A stretch of 64,000 nucleotides of DNA from Deferrisomatales bacterium. Lineage in GTDB: Bacteria; Desulfobacterota; Deferrisomatia; Deferrisomatales; JACRMM01. A program made the translations under genes and the position numbers. Under the pieces are notes generated by a model that was not told the origin of the DNA, did not search any database, and was given only the letters and a program-made list of their open reading frames with translations. The first letter of the stretch is position 1; each line of letters begins with the position of its first letter. Shown here piece after piece: positions 41,483 through 49,673 of this stretch. The stretch lies in the NCBI GenBank assembly GCA_033551855.1, contig JAWSUI010000014.1, forward strand, positions 14,406 to 78,405, in the 5' to 3' direction.

Positions 41483-41549
41483 GGATACCCTTCCCCCCGG
41501 GGGCCCATCACGAAGAAGCGAAGAAGGCTTCGGCAGGAGAGGGACAGGA

Positions 41550-43883
41550 ATGAGTTTCTCCTCGGTGGTCCCTTTGCTGGAGCGCCTCGTGTTTCGGCGC
41601 AGACCACTGGTCATCGGGCTGTTTGCCGTCGTCACGGCCTTCATGGCCGTGTCCGCCACCAACTTGCGGGTCGATGCCGGGTTCGAGAAGCTCCTGCCGC
41701 TCCAGCACGAGTACATGCAGACCTTCACCCAGTATCGGGACGAATTCGGGGGCGCCAACCGCGTGCTCATCGCGCTCATGGCGAAAGACGGGGACATCTA
41801 CACCCCCGAGTTCTTCGAGGTGCTCAAGGACGCCACGGACGAGGTATTCTTCATCCCCGGCGTCGACCGGACCCGGGTCAGCTCCCTGTTCACGCCGAAC
41901 GTGCGGTTCACCGAGGTGGTGGAGGACGGCATCTCCGGGGGCAACGTGGTGCCCGACGACTTCCGCAACACCGCGGAGGACCTGGAGCAGGTGCGGCAGA
42001 ACGTGCTCAAGTCGAGCTACGTGGGCCGCCTCGTCGCGAACGACTTCACCGGGGCCATCATCAGCGCGGAGCTGCTGGAGATCGACCCCAACACAGGGGA
42101 GAAGCTCGACTACCTCGGTGTCGCGGCCCTGCTGGAGGAGAACATCCGCCAGCGCTTCGAGAGCGACGCCGTCGACGTGCACATCATCGGGTTCGCCAAG
42201 GTGATCGGAGACATCACGGCCGGCGCCCGGAGGGTGGTGCTCTTCTTCGCCATCACCTTCGCCATCACGGCCCTGCTGGTCTACGTGTACGCCATGCGGC
42301 CGAAGCTCGCGGTCCTGCCCCTGATCTGCTCGGTGGTGGCGGTGGTGTGGCAGCTCGGGCTCCTGCCGCTCCTGGGCTACGGCATGGACCCCATGGGCAT
42401 CCTGGTGCCCTTCCTGGTCTTCGCCATCGGGGTGAGCCACGGGGTCCAGATGGTGAGCGCCAACGGCGCCGAGGTCTTCGACGGGGCCGACGGTTTCACG
42501 GCGGCAAGGAACAGCTTTCGCCGGCTCCTGATCCCCGGGGGCATCGCGCTGGCCAGCGACACCATCGGCTTCATCACGATCCGCCTCATCGACATCCAGG
42601 TCATCCAGGACATGGCGGTGACGGCCAGCCTCGGGGTGGGCTCCATCATCCTGACCAACCTGGTGCTCCTGCCGGTCCTTTTGAGCTACGTGACCTACGA
42701 CGACGCCTTCCGGGAGAAGATGCACCGGCGCTCCGATCGGGTGAACCGGGGCTGGAGGAAGATGGCGTTTCTCACCGAACGCAGGCCGGCGGCGTGGATC
42801 CTCGCGGGCGCAGCGGCTCTCTTCGCCTTCGGCGCGTGGAAGGGATCGGACGTCAAGATCGGGGACCTTCACCGGGGGGTGCCCGAGCTGCGCGCGGACT
42901 CCCGCTACAACCGCGACAGCGAGGTCATCAGCGAGCGGTTCTCCATCGGTGTGGACATCCTGACCGTGATCGTGGAGACCGTGCCCGAAGGGTGCGTCGA
43001 CTACGAGATCATGACCACCGTCGATCGTTTCGAGTGGCACATGCGAAACGTCGAGGGGGTACAGTCGGTGGTGGGGCTGCCGGGCATCGCCAAGGTCATC
43101 ACCTCTGGCTGGAACGAGGGAAGCCTCAAGTGGCGGGAGCTTTCCCGAAACCAGCTCGTGCTGGTCCAGTCCGTGACCTACGTGCCCACCTCGAGCGGCC
43201 TCCTGAACGCCGACTGCAGCGTACTTCCCGTGCTCGTATTCACGGAGGATCACAAGGCGGAGACCATCGACCGGGTGGTGGACGCGGTCAAGGGGTTCCA
43301 GGCGGCCTCTGGATCCGACCGGCTGAACTTTCGCTTGGCGGCAAGCAACGTGGGGGTCATGGCGGCCACGAACGAGGAGGTGAAGGCTTCCCAGTTCCCG
43401 ATCCTCCTCTACGTCTTCGGCGCGGTCGTGGCCCTTTGCCTGGTCACCTTCCGCTCGGTGCGGGGAACCCTGTGCATCGTGGTCCCCCTGGGCCTGGTCT
43501 CACTTCTCGCCTACGCCCTCATGGCAGCCCTGGAGATTGGCCTGAAGGTCTCCACCCTCCCGGTGGTGGCGCTGGGGGTCGGGGTCGGGGTGGACTACGG
43601 GATCTACATCTACAGCCGCTTCCGAGGATTGTTGGAGCAGGGCCTGCCCATCGGGGAGGCCTACTTCACCACCCTGCGCCGCACCGGGAACGGGGTGGTG
43701 TTCACCGGAGCCACCCTGGCCATCGGGGTGGCCACCTGGATCTTCTCTCCCCTGAAGTTCCAGGCGGACATGGGGATTCTCCTCACCTTCATGTTCCTTC
43801 TGAACATGCTGGGTGCCATCATCCTCTTGCCGGCCCTGGCGACCTGGCTCCTCCCGGAGGGGCGGGGGGATGCCGGAGGCTAG
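41550..43883 (+). CDS. RND superfamily MMPL/HAE3-type transporter
   Basis: Two RND repeats; 'FAIGVSHGVQ', 'GVGVGVDYGIY', 'FQADMGILL'. Confidence 0.92.
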   Translation: MSFSSVVPLLERLVFRRRPLVIGLFAVVTAFMAVSATNLRVDAGFEKLLPLQHEYMQTFTQYRDEFGGANRVLIALMAKDGDIYTPEFFEVLKDATDEVFFIPGVDRTRVSSLFTPNVRFTEVVEDGISGGNVVPDDFRNTAEDLEQVRQNVLKSSYVGRLVANDFTGAIISAELLEIDPNTGEKLDYLGVAALLEENIRQRFESDAVDVHIIGFAKVIGDITAGARRVVLFFAITFAITALLVYVYAMRPKLAVLPLICSVVAVVWQLGLLPLLGYGMDPMGILVPFLVFAIGVSHGVQMVSANGAEVFDGADGFTAARNSFRRLLIPGGIALASDTIGFITIRLIDIQVIQDMAVTASLGVGSIILTNLVLLPVLLSYVTYDDAFREKMHRRSDRVNRGWRKMAFLTERRPAAWILAGAAALFAFGAWKGSDVKIGDLHRGVPELRADSRYNRDSEVISERFSIGVDILTVIVETVPEGCVDYEIMTTVDRFEWHMRNVEGVQSVVGLPGIAKVITSGWNEGSLKWRELSRNQLVLVQSVTYVPTSSGLLNADCSVLPVLVFTEDHKAETIDRVVDAVKGFQAASGSDRLNFRLAASNVGVMAATNEEVKASQFPILLYVFGAVVALCLVTFRSVRGTLCIVVPLGLVSLLAYALMAALEIGLKVSTLPVVALGVGVGVDYGIYIYSRFRGLLEQGLPIGEAYFTTLRRTGNGVVFTGATLAIGVATWIFSPLKFQADMGILLTFMFLLNMLGAIILLPALATWLLPEGRGDAGG

Positions 43884-44181
43884 TGCCTCAGACCACAGGT
43901 CCGAGTGATTTCGAGGGCGCCCCTGGGCACGGGCTGCAAGGCGCGACTCGCATCGACCGAGGCGCACAAACCGATCGGGATCGGTGCCGCTCGGCGCACC
44001 CGGTCCCCTGGCGGGCACCGTTTCGAACCGCCGCGGATTTCGCGGCGAGACGCAAGGGCTCCCCGACCCCGCTCCCCGCCGAGACGAGGGAGCCTGGGTC
44101 CTGCCGTCGCGTTGACCTGCGGCGATTCGGTGTGGTACCTAAGGCGCGCCCGCTCGCGGGCCCTCCGGAGGAACCCTCATC

Positions 44182-46071
44182 TTGCCCGTGACGCCCTCTG
44201 CCAAACCCAAGACCGAACCCCTGACCGGCGTCGAGGCCTGTGCCCGCGGCGCCGTGGAGGCCGGGGCGCGGCTCGCCGTCGGGTACCCGGGGACCCCCGC
44301 CACCCCTGCCATGGAGTACTTGCTGACCCGGGCCCCGCAGGAGATGCGGGTCGAGTGGGCCGTGAACGAGAAGGTGGCCCTGGAGATCGCCGCAGGTCAT
44401 AGCTGGGCCGGCCAGCGCTCCTTCGTGGCCATGAAGATGTCGGGGCTGAACGTCGCCTCCGACGCCCTCCTCTCCGTGGCGACCTCCGGCACCCGGGGGG
44501 GGCTCGTCCTCTACGTGGGCGACGACCCGGGGATGTACTACGGCATGGTGGAGCAGGACTCGCGCCTGTGGGCACGCCTGGCCAAGCTCCCCCTGGTGGA
44601 GGCGGGGACGCCGCAGGAGGCCAAGGACCTGACCCGTGCGGCCTTCGAGGTCTCGGAAGCGGCCGAGACCCCGATCCTGGTGCGGGGGACGAGCACGACG
44701 GCCAACACCCTCGCCGGCGTGACCCTCGGGAGCCCGCAGAGAGACCACCGGCAGAGCAGCGTTCCCTTCGACCTCGACCGGTACACCAAGGCGGGAGCGG
44801 CCCGCTGCCTCCGGCAGCACGCGGACACCCTGCGGCGGCTGGAGCGGGCCGGCCAGCTTCTGGCGTCCTGGAACAGCCTGACCCTTTCCGGCTCGGACCT
44901 GGGGATCGTCGCCACGGCCTCCGTGTGGGGCTACGTGGCAGAGAACCTGGGCCTCTTTCCCGAGAAGCCGAGCCATCTCCGGGTCGCGGTCCTGAACCCT
45001 CTGCCCGACGCGGAGATCCTCCGGCTCCTGGAGCACTGTGCCCGGGTGCTCGTCGTGGAGGAGTTGGAGCCCTACCTGGAAGAGCGGGTCCGCGCCCTGG
45101 CCTCTACCCTTCCCCGACCACCGACCATCCTGGGGAAGAGGGAGCACCTCCTTCCGCAGGTGGGTGACCTGGACCCCGATCTGGTCGCGTCGGCCCTCGC
45201 CGCACTGGCGGGAAGGGAGACCCCGGCCCCCCCGCGCCAGCCGGAGCCCCCTCCGCCTGGCCCGACGTGGGCGCCGCGGCAGCTCACCTTCTGTCCCGGC
45301 TGCCCCCACCGCTCCACCTACTTCGCCCTGCAGCAGGCCATCCGACGGGCCGGCTTCTCCCCGGACGAGGTCGTGGTCGCCGGTGACATAGGGTGCACCA
45401 TCTTGGGGATGAACCCCCCCCACCGGCTCTGCCGCACGGAGGTGGCCATGGGCTCGAGCATTGCCTTGGCCCAGGGCTTCACCTATGCCGGCATCGACCG
45501 ACCCGTGGTGGCGGCCATCGGCGACAGCACGTTCTTCCACGCCGGAATCCCGGCCTTGCTCAACGCCTCCGCGCAGCGGGTCAACCTGACGGTGCTGGTG
45601 CTCGACAACAGCTATGCGGCCATGACGGGCTACCAGCCGTCCCCGGGCAATTTTCGTGCGGAGGCCGGGGCGGTGGCGAATCCCCTGAGCATCGAGGAGC
45701 TGGCGCGGGCAGCCCGGGTCCGTCGCGTGCGCAAGGCTCTGCCCTACTTCACCCGAAGGCTCACCCGGATCCTGTCCCAGGCCCTCGGATCGCCCGGAGT
45801 GAACGTGGTCATCGCCGAGGCCCCCTGCGTGGCGCGCCTGCCCCGGCGCAACGTGGTGCCCTACCGCGTCCGGCCGGAGCGCTGCACGGGACTGGAGGGG
45901 TGCGCGCCGAGCTGCCTCGAGTCGGTGGGGTGCCCCGCGATGGACTTGGACGAGACCACGGGCCGAGTGGCCATCGACTCCGCCCGCTGCCTCGGGTGCG
46001 GCCTGTGCGCCGCCGCGTGCCCGCAACGAGCCATCCGCCGCAATCTCAAGGCCAGGAGGCGCGCCCGGTGA
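44182..46071 (+). CDS. iorA: Indolepyruvate:ferredoxin oxidoreductase alpha subunit-like
   Basis: 'GYPGTP', 'NEKVALE', 'FCPGCPHR', 'GDIGC', 'IGDSTFFH', C-terminal ferredoxin cysteines. Start TTG 44182 or GTG 44188. Confidence 0.88.
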   Translation: MPVTPSAKPKTEPLTGVEACARGAVEAGARLAVGYPGTPATPAMEYLLTRAPQEMRVEWAVNEKVALEIAAGHSWAGQRSFVAMKMSGLNVASDALLSVATSGTRGGLVLYVGDDPGMYYGMVEQDSRLWARLAKLPLVEAGTPQEAKDLTRAAFEVSEAAETPILVRGTSTTANTLAGVTLGSPQRDHRQSSVPFDLDRYTKAGAARCLRQHADTLRRLERAGQLLASWNSLTLSGSDLGIVATASVWGYVAENLGLFPEKPSHLRVAVLNPLPDAEILRLLEHCARVLVVEELEPYLEERVRALASTLPRPPTILGKREHLLPQVGDLDPDLVASALAALAGRETPAPPRQPEPPPPGPTWAPRQLTFCPGCPHRSTYFALQQAIRRAGFSPDEVVVAGDIGCTILGMNPPHRLCRTEVAMGSSIALAQGFTYAGIDRPVVAAIGDSTFFHAGIPALLNASAQRVNLTVLVLDNSYAAMTGYQPSPGNFRAEAGAVANPLSIEELARAARVRRVRKALPYFTRRLTRILSQALGSPGVNVVIAEAPCVARLPRRNVVPYRVRPERCTGLEGCAPSCLESVGCPAMDLDETTGRVAIDSARCLGCGLCAAACPQRAIRRNLKARRRAR

Positions 46072-46658
46072 CGCTGGACGTGGTGGTGGCAGGGGTCGGG
46101 GGTCAGGGGGTGGTGACCTTGGCAGGGGTGCTGGCCCGGGCGGCAGTGCTCGAAGGGTATGACGCCCACTTCACCGCCCAGTCCGGTCTGGCCCAGGTGG
46201 GCTCCCCGGTCCTCGCCCACGTGCGGGTCGGCACCCCGGCCGGGCCGAGCCCCAAGATCCCGAGAGGGCGAGCCGGCTTCGTCGTAGGGCTGGAGCGCCT
46301 CGAGGCCATGAAGCTGGCATCCTTCCTGTCCCCCTCGGGCCAGGCGCTGCTCTCGGACGAGGCGGTGCGGCCCTACGAGGCCAGGTTCCGGCGCGACCGC
46401 TACCCGACGCGGCGGCAGGCGGAGGAACGGTTCGGCGCAGGCCGTGTCTTCTGGGTCCCGGCACCCGACCTCGCCCGGCCTCACGGCCCCCCTCCCCTGG
46501 TGAGTGCGGTCATGCTCGGGGCGCTGGCCGGGATGAGCCGGGTCGTGGAGCGCGACAACCTGGTGCTGGCCCTTCGCGCGGCGGTACCCGCCCTGGCCGA
46601 CGCGGAGGCCGAGGCGTTCTTCGAGGGCTACCGGTACGTCACGGGCCTAGACGAGTGA
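46068..46658 (+). CDS. iorB: Indolepyruvate:ferredoxin oxidoreductase beta subunit-like
   Basis: 'AGVGGQGVV', 'GLAQ.G', 'HVR.G', 'ERLEA'; GTGA overlap with the iorA stop. Confidence 0.85.
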   Translation: MTLDVVVAGVGGQGVVTLAGVLARAAVLEGYDAHFTAQSGLAQVGSPVLAHVRVGTPAGPSPKIPRGRAGFVVGLERLEAMKLASFLSPSGQALLSDEAVRPYEARFRRDRYPTRRQAEERFGAGRVFWVPAPDLARPHGPPPLVSAVMLGALAGMSRVVERDNLVLALRAAVPALADAEAEAFFEGYRYVTGLDE

Positions 46659-47220
46659 GAGGGGGTGCGGGCCAGTCCTGGCCCCGGACGGCGGAGCGCA
46701 GCGGACGGGCCAACAGGGCGGCGAGGACGACCTTCACCAGGTCGAAGACGAGAAACCACCCGAACCCGAGGACGACCGTCCGGAAGGCGCCTGGCTTGCC
46801 CTGGAAGACGGCCAGGTTGAGGTAGAGCCCACCCACGCCGCAGGCGTACACGATCGCCATCCCCAGGGTCAACCCCCCCACCATCCTGCCCCAGCCCGGC
46901 TCGCCCCGCCCGTTCACCACCGCCGAGATCGCCCAGGCCCCCAGGGCGAACCCCACGAGGAACCCGAAGGTGGGGTTGAGCACGTAGCCGAGGCCGCCGC
47001 CGTACGCGAAGACGGGCAGGCCGAGGAGTCCCACCCCGAGGTACGTCAACTGGGACAGCAGAGCCAACCGCGGCCGGAGGATGACCCCGCACAGGAGCAC
47101 CACGAGGGGCTGGAGGGTGAAGGGCACCGGCCCCAGGGGGAGCATGAGCTTGGCGCCCACGGCGGTCAGGGCGGCGAAGAGCCCGGCAAGGGCGAGGTCA
47201 CGGGCGGGGGCGCGGGCCAC
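46639..47220 (-). CDS. bioY: Biotin transporter BioY
   Basis: 'VPFTLQ', 'GLPVFA.GG', 'PTFGFLVGF', 'DLVK'; BirA operator upstream. Confidence 0.92.
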   Translation of the reverse strand: MARAPARDLALAGLFAALTAVGAKLMLPLGPVPFTLQPLVVLLCGVILRPRLALLSQLTYLGVGLLGLPVFAYGGGLGYVLNPTFGFLVGFALGAWAISAVVNGRGEPGWGRMVGGLTLGMAIVYACGVGGLYLNLAVFQGKPGAFRTVVLGFGWFLVFDLVKVVLAALLARPLRSAVRGQDWPAPPLTRLGP

Positions 47221-47278
47221 GGGGTTCCTCCCTCTCGAAGATGAGCTCCGGGCGCGCAGGGTAAGGGGCTCCCGCCAA

Positions 47279-47312
47279 GTTGTCAACCTTCGGAGGAAGC
47301 GCGGTTTACGAC
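47279..47312. promoter_or_regulatory. BirA operator upstream of bioY
   Basis: TGTCAACC-N14-GGTTTACG matches the BirA palindrome TGTnAACC-N14/15-GGTTnACA. Confidence 0.8.
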
Positions 47313-47344
47313 GCCCCGTCCCTCCTCCGCCGTCTTGGTGTCGG

Positions 47345-47560
47345 CCGGGCAGCCCGGAATCCACCACCACATTGTGGGGCGGAGTCCGCGAGCCCAGGAG
47401 TGCAGCCCCGCACCGCATCCACCGACCCGACGAGGCCGGCGCAAGCGGGTGAGGCCGGGCCCACCGGGGACTGCTGGGACACTTCCTCGAAGTGTCGCGG
47501 ATTGTGGGGCGAAACGCAGGGGCTCCCGGACTCCGCTCGCCGACCAGCCGGTGGATCCAG
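47345..47560. repeat. Dispersed self-complementary repeat, family 2, copy A
   Basis: Second copy in the opposite orientation at 63271-63597; long stem GCGGAGTCCG(C)GAGCCC / GGGCTC(C)CGGACTCCGC. Confidence 0.9.
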
Positions 47561-47649
47561 GCAGCCGGGCCGACTTGACACCCTCTCGGCGAAACAGGTA
47601 TCAGTGCGCACTCGTTGTTCACCGGGTCCGGGGTCCCTCGGGAGGAATC

Positions 47650-48246
47650 ATGGCGTCCATGCGGACGGTGCGTCTCGATCACGTCATCTTGCTCGCCGTG
47701 GGGTGCCTGGTGGCCGGGTATCTGCTGGGGATCGGCACGGCGGTGGTGATCCAGGGAAAGCCGGCCCCGGTGCCGGGACCGGTGGCAGGGCCGGCCGCAC
47801 CGGTGGCGCCGCCGGGAACTGCCTTGGGCACTCTCCAGGCGGAAATCCGGGAGCTGCGCAACATCGTGGAGTCGAACCCGGAGAGCGTGGCGGCGTGGGT
47901 GCGCCTGGGAAACCTCTACTTCGACACGGACCAGTTCATGGAGTCCATCGACGCCTACTCGCGGGCGCTGGAGCTCCAGCCCGACAATCCGGACGTCATC
48001 ACGGACCGGGCGATCATGTACCGAAGCATCGGGGACTTTCAGCGGGCGGCGTCCGAGTTCCGACGGGCGGCGGAGATTTCCCCCACTCACCTGAACAGCC
48101 TCTTGAACCTCGGCGTGGTGCTTCGCTACGACCTGAACGACGCCCCCGGCGCCATCCTGGCCTGGAAGGGATACCTGGCCCGCAACCCCCCTCCGGAGAT
48201 GGCCGAGAAGATCAGCAGGGAGATCGCGACCCTCCAGGGCCGCTAG
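47650..48246 (+). CDS. Membrane-anchored TPR protein
   Basis: GGAGG RBS; N-terminal TM helix; TPRs 'AWVRLGNLYFD', 'AYSRALELQPDNPDV'; TTGACA at 47575. Confidence 0.85.
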   Translation: MASMRTVRLDHVILLAVGCLVAGYLLGIGTAVVIQGKPAPVPGPVAGPAAPVAPPGTALGTLQAEIRELRNIVESNPESVAAWVRLGNLYFDTDQFMESIDAYSRALELQPDNPDVITDRAIMYRSIGDFQRAASEFRRAAEISPTHLNSLLNLGVVLRYDLNDAPGAILAWKGYLARNPPPEMAEKISREIATLQGR

Positions 48247-48289
48247 GTTCGGGGCGGCCCACGCGAGCTCGCCCCCCTGCGGCGGCGTT

Positions 48290-49585
48290 TCAGGCCGCCT
48301 TCCCCCCCGGCATCTTCACCCGCAGGATCACCATGGGGCCGTCCGGAACGACCGCCCACCGTGCGGCGGGGCCGTGCTTCTTCAGGAGGGCGCGCACGCC
48401 GGAGACAACGTCTGCGACCGGCCGGAAGTGGAACCGCTCCAACTCCTCCGCGGAAAACCCCTCTGTGTAGAGGTGGACGTTTCGGTCCAGGAGCACCTGG
48501 TACGTCTCCTGGGCACACCACTGGTCCGGGATGAAGAGCTCCTTCTGCATGATCCGGCTCAGAAACGCCCGAGGGGAATCCACCCGCTCCAGGATCTCCC
48601 GGTACTCGGGGCTGCCCGCCCCCTCGAGACACCGGCTGGCGATGAGAATGTCCCCCCCGACCTTGACCGCCGCGGCCGCACCCGTGATCCCCTTGACCGT
48701 CTGGTAGAGGTTGCAGTCCAGAGGAGCCCCCGCGTTGGTGGTGACGATGAAGTCCAGGGGCGCCTCCACCTCGCGCACGCAGTGCTGCGAGAGGAAGGCG
48801 CACCCCTCCAGATGGGCCTGGACCGGGTGCCCGGAGAAGACCCCCGTGACCCGCTTCTGGGTGTCCAGGGTCACGTTCACGATGAAATCGGCCCCGGCCA
48901 TGGCCAGCACCTCCAACCCGGCTTCGTGGAACGGGTTGCCCTCCAACTGCCCGTACTCGCACCCGGGGTGGGCCACCATCTCGGGGCCGTGCATGAACTG
49001 CAACGTCTCCAGGGAAGAAATCCCGGGGAGAAGCGACTTGCGTCCGCCGGAGTACCCGGCCCACATGTGGGGTTCGATGAACCCCGTGAGGACTTTGAGG
49101 TCCGCCTCCACATAACGCCGATTCAGGAGCGCGGGCACCTCTCCGCCGATCCTTCCGACCTCCACCATCTCTTCCCGGGCCTTGGAGAGGTGGTCCACCA
49201 CGGGGTACCGGCCCGCCACCTCCGGGCCCACCAGGGCGGCTCGCTCCTCCTCGGTAGAGGCGCGGTGCATCCCGGTGGCCACCAGGATCAGCGTGCGTTC
49301 CCGGGGGACCCCCGCGGCGGACAGGGCTTCCAGCAGGGGAGGGAGGATCACGGCGTTCGGTACCGGCCGCGTGACGTCGCTGACCACGACGCACGCGCTC
49401 GTCCTCCCCCGAGCCAACGCAGAGAGCGGTGCGCCGGAGCCGGGATTCGTCAGGCTGCGGGCCACGGCGCCCCCGGGGTCTTCCAGGGCCGGGGGCTCCG
49501 AGGGGGTGAGGACCCCCACGAACCCGGGGCTCTCCTCCAGTTCCACGGGAAGGCCTTGCGTGCCATACTTCAGGGTGACCTTCAT
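48290..49585 (-). CDS. larA: Nickel-pincer lactate racemase family protein (LarA-like)
   Basis: 'SDVTRP', 'ATGMHR', 'PHMWAGYSGGRKS..PG', 'NLYQTVKG', 'DQW'. Confidence 0.88.
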   Translation of the reverse strand: MKVTLKYGTQGLPVELEESPGFVGVLTPSEPPALEDPGGAVARSLTNPGSGAPLSALARGRTSACVVVSDVTRPVPNAVILPPLLEALSAAGVPRERTLILVATGMHRASTEEERAALVGPEVAGRYPVVDHLSKAREEMVEVGRIGGEVPALLNRRYVEADLKVLTGFIEPHMWAGYSGGRKSLLPGISSLETLQFMHGPEMVAHPGCEYGQLEGNPFHEAGLEVLAMAGADFIVNVTLDTQKRVTGVFSGHPVQAHLEGCAFLSQHCVREVEAPLDFIVTTNAGAPLDCNLYQTVKGITGAAAAVKVGGDILIASRCLEGAGSPEYREILERVDSPRAFLSRIMQKELFIPDQWCAQETYQVLLDRNVHLYTEGFSAEELERFHFRPVADVVSGVRALLKKHGPAARWAVVPDGPMVILRVKMPGGKAA

Positions 49586-49673
49586 GGGGCACCTCCGGCG
49601 GAGCGGATCCTTGGGCAGCCCGAAGGGTAGCCGAAACCACAGGCATGGGGAAGGCGAAAGCCCGCAAGCCCCC

